A DNA stretch of 64,000 nucleotides from Neophaeotheca triangularis (taxonomy: Eukaryota). The stretch covers positions 248,001-312,000 of the forward strand of contig BAAIJX010000001.1 in the NCBI GenBank assembly GCA_054600435.1. The letters run 5' to 3'. Both the position numbers and the translations under genes were made by a program. Numbering within the stretch: the first letter of the stretch is position 1; each line of letters starts with the position of its first letter. Below the pieces are notes generated by a model, which made no database searches, was not told where the DNA came from, and was given only the letters and a program-made list of their open reading frames with translations. Of the stretch, positions 46,146 through 62,302 are shown piece by piece.

Positions 46146-49100
46146 CTAATCTCTCAGCCCACGCAAAAGTCTTTGGCCGCCAGATATCAGCTTGCTTCTA
46201 CGGTTGCCGTCTTTCTCTTCTTGGCCTGACTCGTCGACGCTATTGTTTCCTTGATTGTCGCTCTGTCGGAGGCGCTGACTCAAACCCGTGAATCGCCTCG
46301 AAATCGACGAGCCTCGATTGCGAGTGGGCTATTCACATATGTCAGCATGAGACGGTAGTTGTGAGACGGTGCGGGCTGGATGTCTCACCTCTCCTTCGGG
46401 GGTGCCAGGAGGTTGCGGTGACTGTCGAGCCGTGGAAAATCCGTCTGACCACTCGCTGGTGGACTCTCCTCGTTTGGCACTGGGCGATCCGCGTTCCACT
46501 CCGCCGTCGTAGTTGGGTACGTCCGATGCTGATCGGGACCGGATACTAGACCCATCCAGTGACATCGTCCTGCCCAGCGAACTAGGCCGCGCAGAGGCGG
46601 TGGACGGCCTGCCATTTGTCTCTCCCACATGCTGCCCACGACTACTGCTTGTCTCGCTTGACTGGCCAGAATTGCTCGGAACTGCCATGAGGGAGCTCAT
46701 GTTTGCAATTTCGCGGAGTTTGCTACTTTGCTGTTTGGTAGGCTTGTGGTGGCTGAACTTGTTGCCCACGATCGCGCCAGCGTGAGAGATGAGAGCTCGG
46801 ATCACATCCTTCTTAAGCTGCAATGCGAGGTCGAGGTTTGACCAAGTCTTGTTCCGGTACTCGAGGGTTGGCATGCGGAAGACCAAATCGTGTACGTCTT
46901 CGATGTTGCGGTGACTTTTGCCTTTGTAGCTGAGACAAAGCACCATGCTCGGTACCTTCACGAAAGCCAGGGTCATGTAGTTTGAAGCGCGGTTCATCAT
47001 CTGCGTCAAATCGTCTGATGGCGTTTCCTTGTTGTCTTTCTTCTTCTTGTCACTGCCTGACCTACCAACGCCGAAGCGCTTATTATCTGACTCCGCGGTC
47101 GCGGCCGTGCTCATGGCAGCAAGAGATCGCTCACTAGGCGACCTCGATATAGCTAAGCTCGGTGACGACGACAGCGCAGCTCTAGCGGTAGCTGGGCGCT
47201 GTGGTTGGCCCGACGCTGCCCCACGGGATTTGTCGGAATGCTGGAAAAGGCCAAACCCATGCAAGTTGTGGTGGGAGTTTGAGATTCCCAGCCCTTGAAG
47301 ATCTTTCTTCTGCTTCCGTTGTTTTGGCAGGTTGAGCGTGGGCTTCAAGCGAACTTCAAGAGCACCGGCACCGTTGCCAGTCGGCTGAGTAGCATCGGGT
47401 TTCGCATTTGCGAGGCCGGACACCCGGGCATTTGATGCTGAAGGACCAGATGGCAATGCTGCCTCGCCGTTGTCCTCTTCGTCCTCCTCTTCCTGTGTAG
47501 GAAGCATGTTCTTGACCATAAAGGGCGAGAACCCTCCCCCTTCGAACGCATTGCCACCGACACCCGGGAAAATGTATTCAAAGAGCTTCTTTGCCACTTC
47601 GCGTTCGAGTTGCAGCTTGAGAGGCACCAAGTCGATCTCGAAATAGTCAACCACAGGGATTCCTGCAATATCTTCGAGCATAAGCCATTGGACACGCAAC
47701 ATTTTGCTGTTGCCCAGCTGAGGAAACCCCCGCGACTCATCCACATAGGGCGCGATCATCTCCGGGTAAAGAGCGTCGGACAGCAGATTGAAGCCATTGA
47801 TCCTGCTAATTCCAATCACATTGTGGTTCGAACCATCGTTGTTGTCCGTGCGGTCGTACGAAGCCTCTTTCAGCTGGAATTCTACAAGCGATTTGCCTTC
47901 GTCGCGAACAAGGTGCCAAGCGATCTCTTTGGCAGCCATACTCAGATGAAGCATTCCGTTGGCGCTTTCGTGATCCCTGCGATCTTCAAGGCGTTGTTGA
48001 GACGTAGTAATCGCTTTCATCATGAAGAAGAGCTCGTCCTCGCAGCTCGCAAGATCGTGGTCCAGAGAAATGCGGTCTTTCCAGCCTTGGCGATCTAGGA
48101 ACCTCTCGTTGACCTGAAAGTGCATCTTTATCTCTTCAAGCTGTCGTATGCGTCCTTGAAGCAGCTCGACCATTTCGGGAGCGCCTGTCAGGTCGCTGAA
48201 GTCTGAGGCGAGCATGATTTTTTCCAGCCTCTCGCTGCGTGTCTTTTCGAGGGGCTCGTTATATAACAACAGGTCCATGACAATGATGTACATGGCATAA
48301 TATTGTGCGGAATCGCATACGGCGATGAACTGCGGGAACTCGAGCCAAACATGGTCCATGTGAGTTTCGGGATCATCATCCGATTGCTCGCCGTGCGACT
48401 TGTTACCAGATACGTCATCGTTGTATTTGAGCCGCAAGGTGTTGTACTTGTCGTATCGAAGACTCGCGGACGTTCGATGCACCACTCGGTTGAACCCATA
48501 TGGGTGCGCCTGGTATTCGAACATGACTTCCACAGGCACCCATGGCGGCCATAGGGAACCTGCCTTTGATCCATATCGATTGCCGGAATACATATGCAGG
48601 TATTCAGTGGAGAAAGTCTTGGTGCTTGTGACATACATCTGCAGGCTGTCCATCGCGGCTGTGAAGCGGCGTTGGACGAGCCCACTGACATCGTCTGTAA
48701 CTCGCCCCTTGTCCATGATCTGGATTACCTTGAGCTGCATTCCTTTTGCAGTGACCAAGACAGCGGAGCGAGCATTCTTCTCGCTCTGTAGTTGTATCTG
48801 TGGAGCTATGAGTCGGAAGTGGTATGTGTTCAAAGGGGTGAACTCCACAGCGATGTCGTCACTTGGCTCTGAAGCAGACGGCTTCTCCTCTTGAGCCTGC
48901 TGTTGTGCCAGATCGGGACCATCATCAGCGTCAACGAAGTTTCGACCGTCTTTCAAAAGCTGCTCAATACGATCCTGTACCGTCGCATCGTCATCGAGGT
49001 CAGCCGACTTCATGCCTTCGGCAGTGTTTTCTGACATGCCGCGCTTAGACTCGCTCTGGCCTCTGGAGTGCTGTTTCTCATCCACGATATCGAGAATGAA

Positions 49101-52100
49101 CTTGACCGCCCTGCGTGACATGTAGTAGACGAAACCTCGACGCTGCGAGACCTGGTGGATGTAACGTAGTATAATGTTCCGGAGCGAGTTGTTCCACTTG
49201 ATCTGAGCGTTGTGCACCACGAACCGATTGTTGAAATCGCTGGAGTTTTCTTCAAGTGGCGCCTGGTCCAGATTGGTTTTCGAGCCCTCTTCTCCATGGA
49301 CGTTGCTGGTGGCTTCAAAGAATTCTTCCGTGGTCTCCAGTTCGGGTACGGCAGAAGGATCGTCCTTTTCCAACTTTTCGTTGATGGTCTGCAAGATCGA
49401 CTCGAGGAACTCGTACTTGTTTTTCAAGGTCTCCGTATGTACCCGCAGTGTTTCCAGCTTTTCTTGAGCCGGTGCTTGGTTCACATCGCGAACTGCTCGC
49501 AACTCAGCGTCACTCACAGCACGCTCGTTCTCCGCTTTCTGCTCCCGTATCATGGCAAGCCTTTGCTGGATGAGCTCGGCCTGGACTAGTCTAGGGTCAT
49601 TCTTCGCTGACATCACACAATAATGCGTGAGTTCGTCGCCGAATGGGCTCGATCTACTCGAGTCACCAGAAATTGAATCTCCGTGATCAGTCTGGCGGAA
49701 GTACGTAAACCGAGGCGCATAGCCAAGCGGTAAGATCCTAGTCTCGGGGTTTGATTCAACAGGTAAAATCCAGTCCAATTCCACGAAGTCGTCCATGTCG
49801 ATCCAGGTGAAGTCATTGTCAGGAATCGTGAACTTCGACATATCGACAGGCGGAACTTGTTCTTGTAATAGCGCCAGCGACTCGTCGGTAGCCTTGTCGA
49901 TGTCGTCCGCAGATGTTCCTGCAATCGTGGCAGATACAGCACGCATGTCAGCTGAGATGAAGTCGAGCTGGGCCTGGTTGATGCGCATGCCACTGGACTT
50001 TTTGGGACCTGCATCGGCGTGTCCTTGGATATCAAAGTGTTCTCTTCTTTGATGTAGGTCAAGCATGAAGCTATCTAAGCGAAGCTTCAAACCCGTGGCC
50101 GAAACATAGTCCTCTTTGTAGTCTTCGGCATCCTTGTGCTTGTAGATGTGGCTGATGAAGAGCGGCGAAAAGAGCAGGTTATATTTGAAAGTGGAAACGT
50201 GCCGGCCGAACTTCTTACTTTTCTTCTCGGTAACGCCCCAGAGCGGGCCCTGTCGGATAGGCAGTGACATGACACCAGAGAACAAAGACCACCAGTTGAA
50301 AAAGTGAGAGAAGAAGCGCGGCGAGAGGTGTATCGAGTTGTAGTTCTTCGAGGGCTCGAGATTGGACACCGACCAGTCGCGATCATGTGGGGCTGCAACG
50401 GCGATCGACATATGGATGTGATGGCTGCGAAAGCCTTTGAAGGCGTCGTAAGTCTCTCCTGGAGGTGCTCTGGCAAAGTCTGGATGCTTCAGCACCACGT
50501 CGTAATGATTCTTGAAATCGAAGGTCCGTCCTTCACGCGACTCTCTTTGGAACATCATCCCTGCAAGCCATTGCACTTTCCCGGAGAGCTTCATAACGAC
50601 CTTTTTGAATGCGGCACCTTTCCTCAGGCTGTTGGAGGAAGCACTGTCTTCCTCTTCAGCGCGAGCATCAGATGCTCGTGCATAGTGGCTAAAGTCTGGC
50701 ACTGCCAAGAGGTAATCTCCACTATCGACAGTCATGAACTGCCGTGGATCCTTGCTCTGTGCGATATTCCATTTGACGTTATTGCGCCATACCATGACAA
50801 AGCCAGCACCTTGTCCAGTGACCACGTAGGGGTCACGAGAGCCCTTCAGACACAAGTGTACATCGCCGTCGCCTTTCCAGGCTACGTTGACGCGGGAATG
50901 GAAGGAGAGGCGTATCTTGTCCCAGAAGCCGACCCTGTCTGACGTGTCCACGGGAGGTTTGGTGAAGCCTTCAATGACTTGCATAGCGTCCTGGATAGCG
51001 GGTTGGTAAGATGTGCCCCAGGTGATCCGGGTCGCGCTGCTCGTGTGGATCTCGAATTTCATATCCGAGTACGTTTTGACTGGAGAAATGGTGCGTCGCA
51101 CGTCCACGGCAAACCCGTTTCTACCATTATCGCCCATTTTCTCTGGGGGCACCACAATGACATTGACTGATCGCTGCGATTCCATGTCGCGGAACTCCTC
51201 CGCAATTACAAAGTCCGTTTTGAGAGACATGGCGGGTAACCTCGCAGACTGACCGTAGGTTATTGGTGGGACATGCAGCACCGGTAGCGGGTAGTCGCGA
51301 AGCTGAATTCGCGCCTCGCTCGTAGTGATCTGAAGGTTCATAGGGAGAAGGAGGCTGTACTGCGTGTCCATTGGCATCCCCTTTCCCACATCGTGCAAAA
51401 ACTTGGGATAATCCTCGGTAGGGAACGAGGGCTTGTCGACCGTGATATTCAGGTCACTGAAGAAGACAGTGGCCAAGCCCGGACGCTGAGACAATGCCAG
51501 TATGGGTTCCTGCTGCTCCGACTCGTCCCCAGCCTCATCTAAACCCCAAAACATCTTCCGAATATCTCGAATAGCATGACTCTGGAACGCAAGGACGCGA
51601 TCTATGCGCCTCCTCCAGGTCTGGGCATTGTGTCTATTGAGCTTGTCCCTTGCTTGAGTAATACTAACGGGCGAGGCGTCGGCGAACCCACTCTTGCCTT
51701 CGGGATTGTAGCGTACCTGGCGCCGAGAACTGCCTTTCGTAACTGGAGGGCTATCTCTCGACGAGGGCTGCTGGCTCTGTGATCTTCGTTGCTCACTGCT
51801 GTTGGCCTGGCGTGGCTGTGATTGCGAGCGGTCCGCCGCATTGGTAGATTTGGCCCTCCTTCGAGACCCGCCTCGATTGGCGCATTTCGCGAGATGCTTC
51901 TCCTTCATTCGCAAAGCCTCATCACGCGCCAACCTTTGTTTCTGCTCCAGTAGCCCAGCTCGGTAGATCGCGTTAAGCTTCCATTCGAAGCTGCTGTCTT
52001 CGATCTCGAACAAGAACAGTTGCGAGCGGAGAGTGATTTTGGGAACGCGCTTAGGTCCTTCTGGCTCCTTTGTAAGGACGTATTCGTTCGTCCCCGTCAC

Positions 52101-55073
52101 GAAGTGGTGCTGCAGCTGCTTGCTCGTCTTGATGACATTAGAAATGTTGTCGAATATACTGTGAACCACTAGCTGATGAGGTATGCCGATGCGAATTATT
52201 TCAGCAAACAGATCAACAGACTTCTCCTCGATGACACTCTTTGCTTGGCGGCGCTTCATGTCCCTAACGTCCATCCGTACGGTCTTGATACTTATTACCC
52301 TGCTCCACACGGTTTTCATGCTAGGCGCTCTTACACATAACCGGGCCAAACGACTGCGCAGGAAGGGAGTTGCCCACCGGTGTCTACCAGCTTCGAGGCC
52401 GAAGATTTGTAACAGCATGGGTGGGTCAGCTGGCATGTGGGCTTTGAGCTGGAGTAGGCCGGCCTTGAAGTCCATTGTGGTTATCTCGCGGTTGGCTACT
52501 TGGTCTGCTGCGGTGTTGGTTTCTTTCGGTACGGTCAAAGTCGCTAGCTCCGGTGCATGATCGCGGATGGAGCCCCTACGCTCGTCTGCGTGGCCATTGC
52601 TAAAAGTGTTCTTCAGGACCATGGCAGCAACACCTATAGCATAATGGTTGTAAAGCGAATACTGTAGGAGCAAGCTCCTGGCGTAAGAGTTCACATGGAA
52701 AAGCGGGCCTTGAGTGTCTGTTGAAGTAGCGAAGGCGACTTCGAAGCGCGGCAAAGACATGAAGCTCTCTGGATCGGTGGTGTTTGTACTGTCGAGGATC
52801 AAACCCTCCAAGTTCTGTACATGTAACGTCAACCGTCTTCCGTCTGCGAAACTTTCAGGCTTTTGGCGAGGAGAGTTTGAACGAGATCGATATGGTCTTC
52901 GTCGCTTCTCAGGAGTTCCTCCAGACTGCACACTGATTGATGATCGATGGCCCTGCTTATCGGGTGCCTCATCCCGGCGAGATTTGTACTCGGTCGTCCA
53001 GGATTCCAGCTCAATCGACAGGCCGCGCTGTTGGTCTGACACTTGCTTGTCGACGCCAGCCAGCTCGACGCTGAAATCCGACCCCTCGATCTTGACGTAC
53101 TCTAACCACTCTGGCATGCTTCGAAGGAAGCTGGGCTTCTTCTTGGATTCCTTTCCCGGCTGGGCGAGCACGTTGCGGCGAAGTTGCTTCACAATCTGCC
53201 GCACACCTTCGCAAATGTCGGGTCTCACCAGGAAGATTTCGAAAGTCTGCAGACGACCGCTCACTACCACACTAGCATTCGGTTCGGCATTTATGTCCAC
53301 CTTTAGTTCTGCTGTATCACTTCGCAACAAATCATGTCGGTCTCCGTCGGAAGTCTGATAATACAGCTGATGGTTGTTGTGACGATAGTTCGATGCCAAA
53401 CGATAGTGCAAGGCACCGCCCGGTGAGTGGTGTGAGTCCAGATCGAACATCATCGTGGACACCGAAGTTATGAGAAGGTCATAGTCCCCGTCTTGAACGT
53501 TGCCCTTGTTCATCGGCGGAAGGGACACCCGAATGACGGGCTCTTGGATCGAGAACTTTACGCTTGCTTTAGGAAGCAGACGGGAGATGAGATTGTACCC
53601 GGGACTCTTCTTCGGAGGCTGCTTCGTCCGTTTTGGTCCAGCACGCTGCTTCAGTATCTCCAGAATGAGCGGCAAGTGCTTCGGGTCGAGATCTACCGAA
53701 GGCGAGGTGCAGACCAAGTTGGCAAACAGCATATTAGTGTTTCGTTCACCAGCATCACTCACGCCGGGATTCTGAATTGTCTTTGACGGCAACGTAGTCT
53801 TGACGGTAGCCGTGACCATGGGCACGTAGAACATACGTTCAGGGTGATCGTGTCCATCGTCAATACCAGCTGAGATTGCAATAGCAGTGAGTAGTCCTTG
53901 GTGTGCAGCGTCCTTTGTCGGAAAATACATGCGATGCGCCGGACTCCTCGGATCCAAGCGCATGACGTCGAACCCCATTTCCTTCATAGCCACGTTAAGA
54001 TAGACATCATTCCCACTGTCGCTCTTCACATCCAGCTTTTTGGACAATCCAAGGAACCCAAAAGCCAACTGGACTTCCTCGATCCCTCGCAGAATAGATG
54101 CTATGAATTCACGAGAATCGGACACCGTTTGGACAATGCGCTCTTCGCGGGTGCCGGGCTTTTCCAGCTCATCCAATGCTTCCGCAAACGACACATCTTT
54201 TTCACTCGGGCCATCGTGGGACGGTGCGTATTTCCCGAGCAGCAACTCAGCGCAGGTCTTCGCATATGCTATGTCGTCGTAGGGGACATTCACTCTGCCA
54301 AGCTTCAAAGATATTGATGCATCGCGCAAGCCAGCAAGTTCTCTGTAGAGTACCCCACTGACATTGAGGGTGCCATTGTCCAGTAGCTCGGTTGATTCGC
54401 GACCTTCGGGTGTGAACAATACGCTCCGTATCATTGACTTCCATTCTGCTGGCCTCTGCGCGTCACTTTCCCTTTTGTAGTATTGGAAAAAGCGACCCAT
54501 GGTTTTACTGCGGGTGTCCACCGATAGCGTTGCCCTCTCCATCGAGATGCTACCAACACCGTCAATACTGACTGTTGTCGATACTGCGATAAAGTCCACC
54601 AGCTTAATCCAGTCTATCCGCCTGTGCAAGCGCTTGATCTTTTCCTTGATGCTAGTCAACTGTCGCCAGGTCTTGCCGTGTCCATCGCTAACACTCTCTT
54701 CCTTGCCCTCGAGTCCACTGTCTGTCTCTTTTGATCTGTCCGCATGGCCGTTGGCCTGTCCAAACAGACCTCCCTTGCTCTCTCGCTTTCCATCCTGTAG
54801 GGCATTCAGATCCACGGCCACATATAGCTCGGTGATTACGAGACTACACCAGGTCGGCAGCGCAAACGTGGGGCGGTGGACCGAGAGTCCCACTCCTCGG
54901 ACGTTGATCTTGATGCCATGGCGTGGGGAGAATGCTATGCGCCGGAAGCCAGAGTAGCCCAATCGCTGGATAGAGACGCCCGTGAGAATCCGTAGTATAG
55001 CAAAAACGACAAAGGTGAGTAAGTAGCCGAGCAAGACTAGGCCTAGCAGGAAGGAGACAGTTGGCATAGGCAT
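46146..55073 (-). CDS. FMP27: Bridge-like lipid transfer protein FMP27/Hobbit/BLTP2 (Apt1); exons 55073-46389, 46328-46146
   Basis: About 2955 aa. N-terminal TM, GFWDK motif, WPPW motif, and an Apt1 region with LEYRNKTWSNLDL. Confidence 0.93.
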
Positions 55074-55793
55074 GTTGCCGCCGCCATTAGCGACGCGCGC
55101 AGCTCTTCTAGTCTTCCCAGTACCAATTTACGGCTCCTTTGGCGATCATATCATCGTCTCATGGTGAAGGCTGGGAAGGCTGGTGTTGTCAGACGTTTGG
55201 CCGCGAGTGGTTCGTCAAGATAGGATGGTGCTCTGCGAGCTCGCGGTGAGAAGCTGGGTACCTAGGTATCGGTGGGGTCTTTTCGTACGGTAGCAATGAG
55301 ACAGCAAATGGATCGCGCACGTGAGGGAGATTGGAGGCACGCAGAAAGTGAAGCGGCCGGCTACGGAAGTGGTGGGAAGTGTGTCTACTGTCTAGCCCTC
55401 ATGTGAAGATAGTACTAAGTAGGTAGTGTATGCTTAACTTCTTCGGCGTAAATTAACGTTGGCGCCACGAGGGATGCATACGCGATCGTCTACTCAAGCT
55501 TCTCGGCGTTTAATCGTGGGGTTCGTTTGTGTCCGGAGGGAGAGCGGGCCCTCTACGCACAGCCACAGCATTATTATTCACGTTTGTCACTCAACAAGAG
55601 TCGCACACGGAGGCCACCTGAAGGCAATGGTATCAAAAATGCATTGTGAGAGCTTCGCTTGAGCTAGCAATTGCTGTATACGCCGTGAAGTTCGTAGCAT
55701 CGAAGCATTCGCCATCCTTCCCAAACCGAGCCATACGCCACACGCTATGCATCGAACTCTTCCAGGTTTGCCCGCCGACCTTGTCGCGTCGCC

Positions 55794-56915
55794 TCAACCC
55801 GACATCTGTGCATCCGAACCGCTGACATCGGCCGTGCTCGAGGCTGCATCGAGATGACTCGCGCCGGCGGCGAACAGCTTCTCTTTGACCATGGCGGCCA
55901 CTAAGCCCATCCTCTCCTCGTTGGCAATCTTCTCGGCAGTGGTGACAACTTTGGACATGGCCTCATCTTTGCCTCCGGTAGATTTCTTCCCCATGCTCAG
56001 AGGTCCCATGTTACCCAAGCCTGTGCGCTGTTTGTTCGACTCCTGAGCTTGGTTCATCTTTCCCGCAAGGTCTTGGATTTGCTTGGTGGAGTACTCGCGG
56101 TTGGTGAACAGGGGCGAAGAAGACAGTGTTTGAACCCAGTACTTATTCCACAACGCCTCTATGAGCTTGCTGTCGAGGGTTGACTTGTAGTGCGAGACTT
56201 CCAGGGAATAGTATCGATTCGCGTGAGCACCAAAGTCGGCGGCTTTTGCGAGTGGTACAGCGGCCATGCCCACGTCTTCTGAGCTTTGGCCTTCAGGCTT
56301 GTAGCCGTCTGGGTAGGTCCTGAAAGCGCCGATCTCGACCTTGCCTGCACTGATCGTCCTGTCTGGATCTATCACCACGGCCAGGAACGGATCTTGGAAG
56401 CTTTGCTGCAGCGCCTGGGTCGAGACATCGATACCGGAGAGCCAGCAGCCATACCCGGGATGTGAGTGATACCAGCCCGCCGCATTCTCCAACTGCCCTG
56501 CCTGCCTTGCACTCGCCAGGTATTGTACCATGTATTCGTCTGCTTCGCTCTGCGCATTCACTCTCGTCTCTGTCCCTTCCACCGGCAATCGCACTGCGTC
56601 TGTGATGATAAAGGTCTCATGTTGTACGTAACCCAGCATCAGGCCCATCACCTCAATGTTGCCACCAGAACGCGCGTGCATGACCATTTTGATGAGCGCA
56701 ACGGCAGATATGCGGACGTATTTGAAGTGGTTCGGGTCCACGCGCCATGGTTTCGCAGCGTTGATCTTGTTTTGCTCCGCCTGATCGTAACTGTAGAGGG
56801 CATCGCGGTGGGAATCTACGAGCTTGATAGAGTTCTCGACCTCTGTATGTCGTTAGTTGGCTTTCCTTCCTAGTACATATTGAACAGACTTACCCCAGGA
56901 CTTCTGAGTGGCCAT
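55794..56915 (-). CDS. CSN5: COP9 signalosome subunit 5 (JAMM deneddylase); exons 56915-56894, 56842-55794
   Basis: [35 protein letters not shown] motif [14 protein letters not shown] and LWNKYWV. Confidence 0.96.
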
Positions 56916-57343
56916 AATGAACGTTTCAGTCGTGTGGCCGGAATCTACTGCTGTACAGCCCAGGGCAAGAATAGCTTGTTAATTCAACGGGAATGATACC
57001 ATTCCCCAGGCCTCGGTCGATGAGCCTGTAGGTGTAGTAAAAGAGAGTCGAGTGTTGTCTTCAATGTGAAGAGTGATTGTGTTGTCGGAGAGAGCTATGG
57101 CCACAAGGTGTTTCTGCCTGGAGAGGTGACGTCCACGATAAGATAAGGCGCGTCGCCCTTGAAAACATCCATGGATCCATTCGGAAGTTCATGTCATTTG
57201 GTATGGGGTTCTTGGTAATCTATGGACGGATAATGTACAAGAGAGCAATTTTAGTAGTACACAGCGTTGCATTAACAGGGCCGCTCTGCCAACGACTTCG
57301 TTATGCTACGCTCGACCACGAAAGGTCTGTTCATGATGTCGCC

Positions 57344-58769
57344 TTACTGCTGAGCACACTGCGCTTGCGCACCATCCTCGTCGTCATCGTCGTCTTCCCA
57401 TTCTGCCCCGGCTCGAGGGTCGTCTGAGCCTGCACCAAAGCCGTCCAAGTTCTCCACAGACTCGAAGTCCACTTCCTCCACATCTTCCACGTTGTGCTTG
57501 GACTCCACTGGCTCGGCCTTGGGAAGAACGTCTCGCACGCGCTGCACTGCCTCCGGCTTTTTGAGCCATCCGTCCTCGGGGAACTTGATTTTGACGACGA
57601 GGTAGAGATCTCCCCTGCTGTCTGAGCGTTTGATGGGCATGCCCTCTCCAGGAACCTTGAGAACTTCGTCCGGACGTAGGACCTTGCCTTCTGACTGCTC
57701 GAGATTCAAGCTGATGCCTCGACCGTCCAGGTGCGTAAGTACAGTACGGTTGAAGCCTGTCAGAGCCTCTGCGAGGGAAATCTCGAGCTCAGCTTGTAGG
57801 TCTGCGCCCGCTCTCGCAAACGTGGCGTGTGGCTTCTCTTCAAGCACGAAAACAATGTCGCCTGGTTCAGTGTCGTCGGGGTCCTGGTCTGCCTCACCCG
57901 CGAGCACGATCTTCTCGCCTTCGATGGCTCCGCGAGGAACGTACAGCTCGAGGACCTTCTTCTGCTTGGTAGTCCGCACCCCCTTGCACTTTTTGCACTT
58001 GTCCTTGTCGTGATAGAAGCTTCCTTTCCCGTTGCAAGTCGAGCAAGCAACAGTTTCCTGTGTCGCCAAGCCAGGTCCGACCATTCGCATTTTCGTTTGC
58101 CTTCCCTGTCCTTTGCATGTGTCGCACGTCTTGGCCTTGGCCCTCTCCTTGCCGCCAGATCCCTTGCAGTGCTCACATATGATGTTCTTCGTGCTGGCGA
58201 ATCTGGTCGTCTTGCCCTTGTACAACTCTTCCAGAGTGACCTCGTACTGCTGCACTTCTGGTTGACCCTTTCCTCTTCGCCTGGCACCGGGCCCACCCCC
58301 CATTCCTCCCATTCCAGGCATGCCGCCCATTCCACCCATACCGCCAGGCATACCTCCACCAAACATCTGTGCAAGCATCTCCTCTAGATCGGGCCCGCCT
58401 GCTGCGCCTGGGCCGCCGCCCTTCTCGAAAGCAGCCATACCATACTGATCGTAGGCAGCGCGGTTGTCGTCATCGTTGAGAATCTCATAAGCCTCCTGAA
58501 TCTCTTTGAATCGTGTCTCGGCACCTTCGCGCTCATCCTCGGGAACCTTGTCGGGATGCGAGGTAAGGATAAGCTATCGTTTGTCAGCCTTATTTGTACA
58601 CTCAATAGAGACAGCGGATAACTGACCTTGCGGTATGCTTTCTTGAGTTCGCCCTTGTCGGCACTGTGAGAGACCCCCAAGACCTCTAATAGTGTTAGTC
58701 AGACTGTGAATGAGCGTACATTCTGGAATACTTCGTACCGTAGAGGTGGGTTTCAGCTGGTGCACTCAT
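57344..58769 (-). CDS. Type I DnaJ/Hsp40 (Ydj1/Xdj1-like); exons 58769-58739, 58685-58627, 58573-57344
   Basis: J-domain with HPDK, G/M-rich linker, four CxxCxG repeats, and a C-terminal CaaX (CAQQ). Confidence 0.93.
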
Positions 58770-59026
58770 GTTGAACGAATGCGCAACTGAGTCGGAAAGA
58801 AGAGAAGCTGATCGAGAGTGTGCAGAGGTCAATAGTACGGGAGATGGAGGTGAGCACTTTTCAAGAGAAAATAATGCGTTGCTTGCCTGTGTCAAAGGCC
58901 CAGCAGCTGCAGAAACGTCAAAGATGCGCTCGGAGATAACAAACGATCCGAAACCGAAGTTTAGCCTGGACAGGCAGCCGTACAGTAGGCACTTCACCTC
59001 CAACGCGTCTCTCCTCTAAAACCTGA

Positions 59027-61177
<2,151 letters not shown>

Positions 61178-61540
61178 AATACGTGTGGTGTGAGCTGTCG
61201 AGTTGCAGGAGTTGTAAGATAAGTGTAACATGAGTTCAAGAGGAAGCAGTTCTTAAACATCTGTTCGCATTGCGCTTTCCTACCAACACGATTCATTCAT
61301 GCAGATTCAACCGCTATCTGGAATGGACTGATTCTGCGACTACGCGTAGCTTGACCCGTCTTTTCGACATGGCCACTACACGACAGATTCAAGCATGCTT
61401 TCAAGAATGATCATCGTGAGTCGTGTAACAATCGTAAGGTACATGACAACCAAACCGTCGCCTGGGCACAACTTCTACAACCGTAAGATTCCAGCGTGCG
61501 CAAAGTGCCGCCGCAGAACACCAACAATCAATCACTCCCC

Positions 61541-62302
61541 TCAGTGCCTCCCATACCAACTGCCCGAACCTTGCTGGCTAGAACCTCCATACTGACCAGG
61601 GTGTCCACCATAAGCCAAACCGTTATTGTTACTCGGCGAGCTGGAGTTCTGCTTCCTCTCCTTCCACGCATCCTCGGCCTTGTGACCCAGGAAAGCCCCC
61701 GCTAGCGCGCCCAGGATACCGTGGTTTGCTTTGCCGCCGAGGAAGCCTCCGCTCGCGGCGCCGGCGACTGCGCCCTTCCATCCACGATCGCCTTCTTGCG
61801 GGTTGTTCGGGTCCACGGGGTCTCGCTCGTAACCGTAGGGGTTCGAAGAGTCGGTTGGTGGTGGGCCTTGACCGTAGGGGCCCGCTTGCTGCGGGTATTG
61901 CTGTGCCGGCGCAGCGCCTGGGTAGTGGCCGCTGGAACGCGAGGGATCAGCTGATGGGCTTCTTCCGGCGCGCACGATATGCTGGGTGGTGTTTGAAGGG
62001 ACTTACTAAGGCTGCTGTTGGTTTTGCTGGTAGCCTCCGTAGCCTTGGGGCTGCTCGATGCCCTGCTGGAAGCCGCCTGTGTTGGGGGCACCGTATGGTT
62101 GCTGTTGTGGCGGTTGGCCGCCGTATTGAGGTGTGGGAGGTCCGCCGTAGCCTGGTTGTTGTGGGTATCCTTGTTGCTGGTATCCTTGTTGCTGGTTGTA
62201 GCCCTGCTGCTGGCCGTATTGCTGAGGGTAGCCACTCTGCTGCTGGCCGTAGCCTTGGTTGTAACCGCCCTGTTGGGGGTATTGATTGTATGGGTCGGAC
62301 AT
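61541..62302 (-). CDS. Q/G/Y/P-rich prion-like protein with a glycine-zipper 2TM motif; exons 62302-62007, 61931-61541
   Basis: [21 protein letters not shown]...[42 protein letters not shown]. Intron GTAAGT..CTGAT..CAG; 228 aa. Confidence 0.85.
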
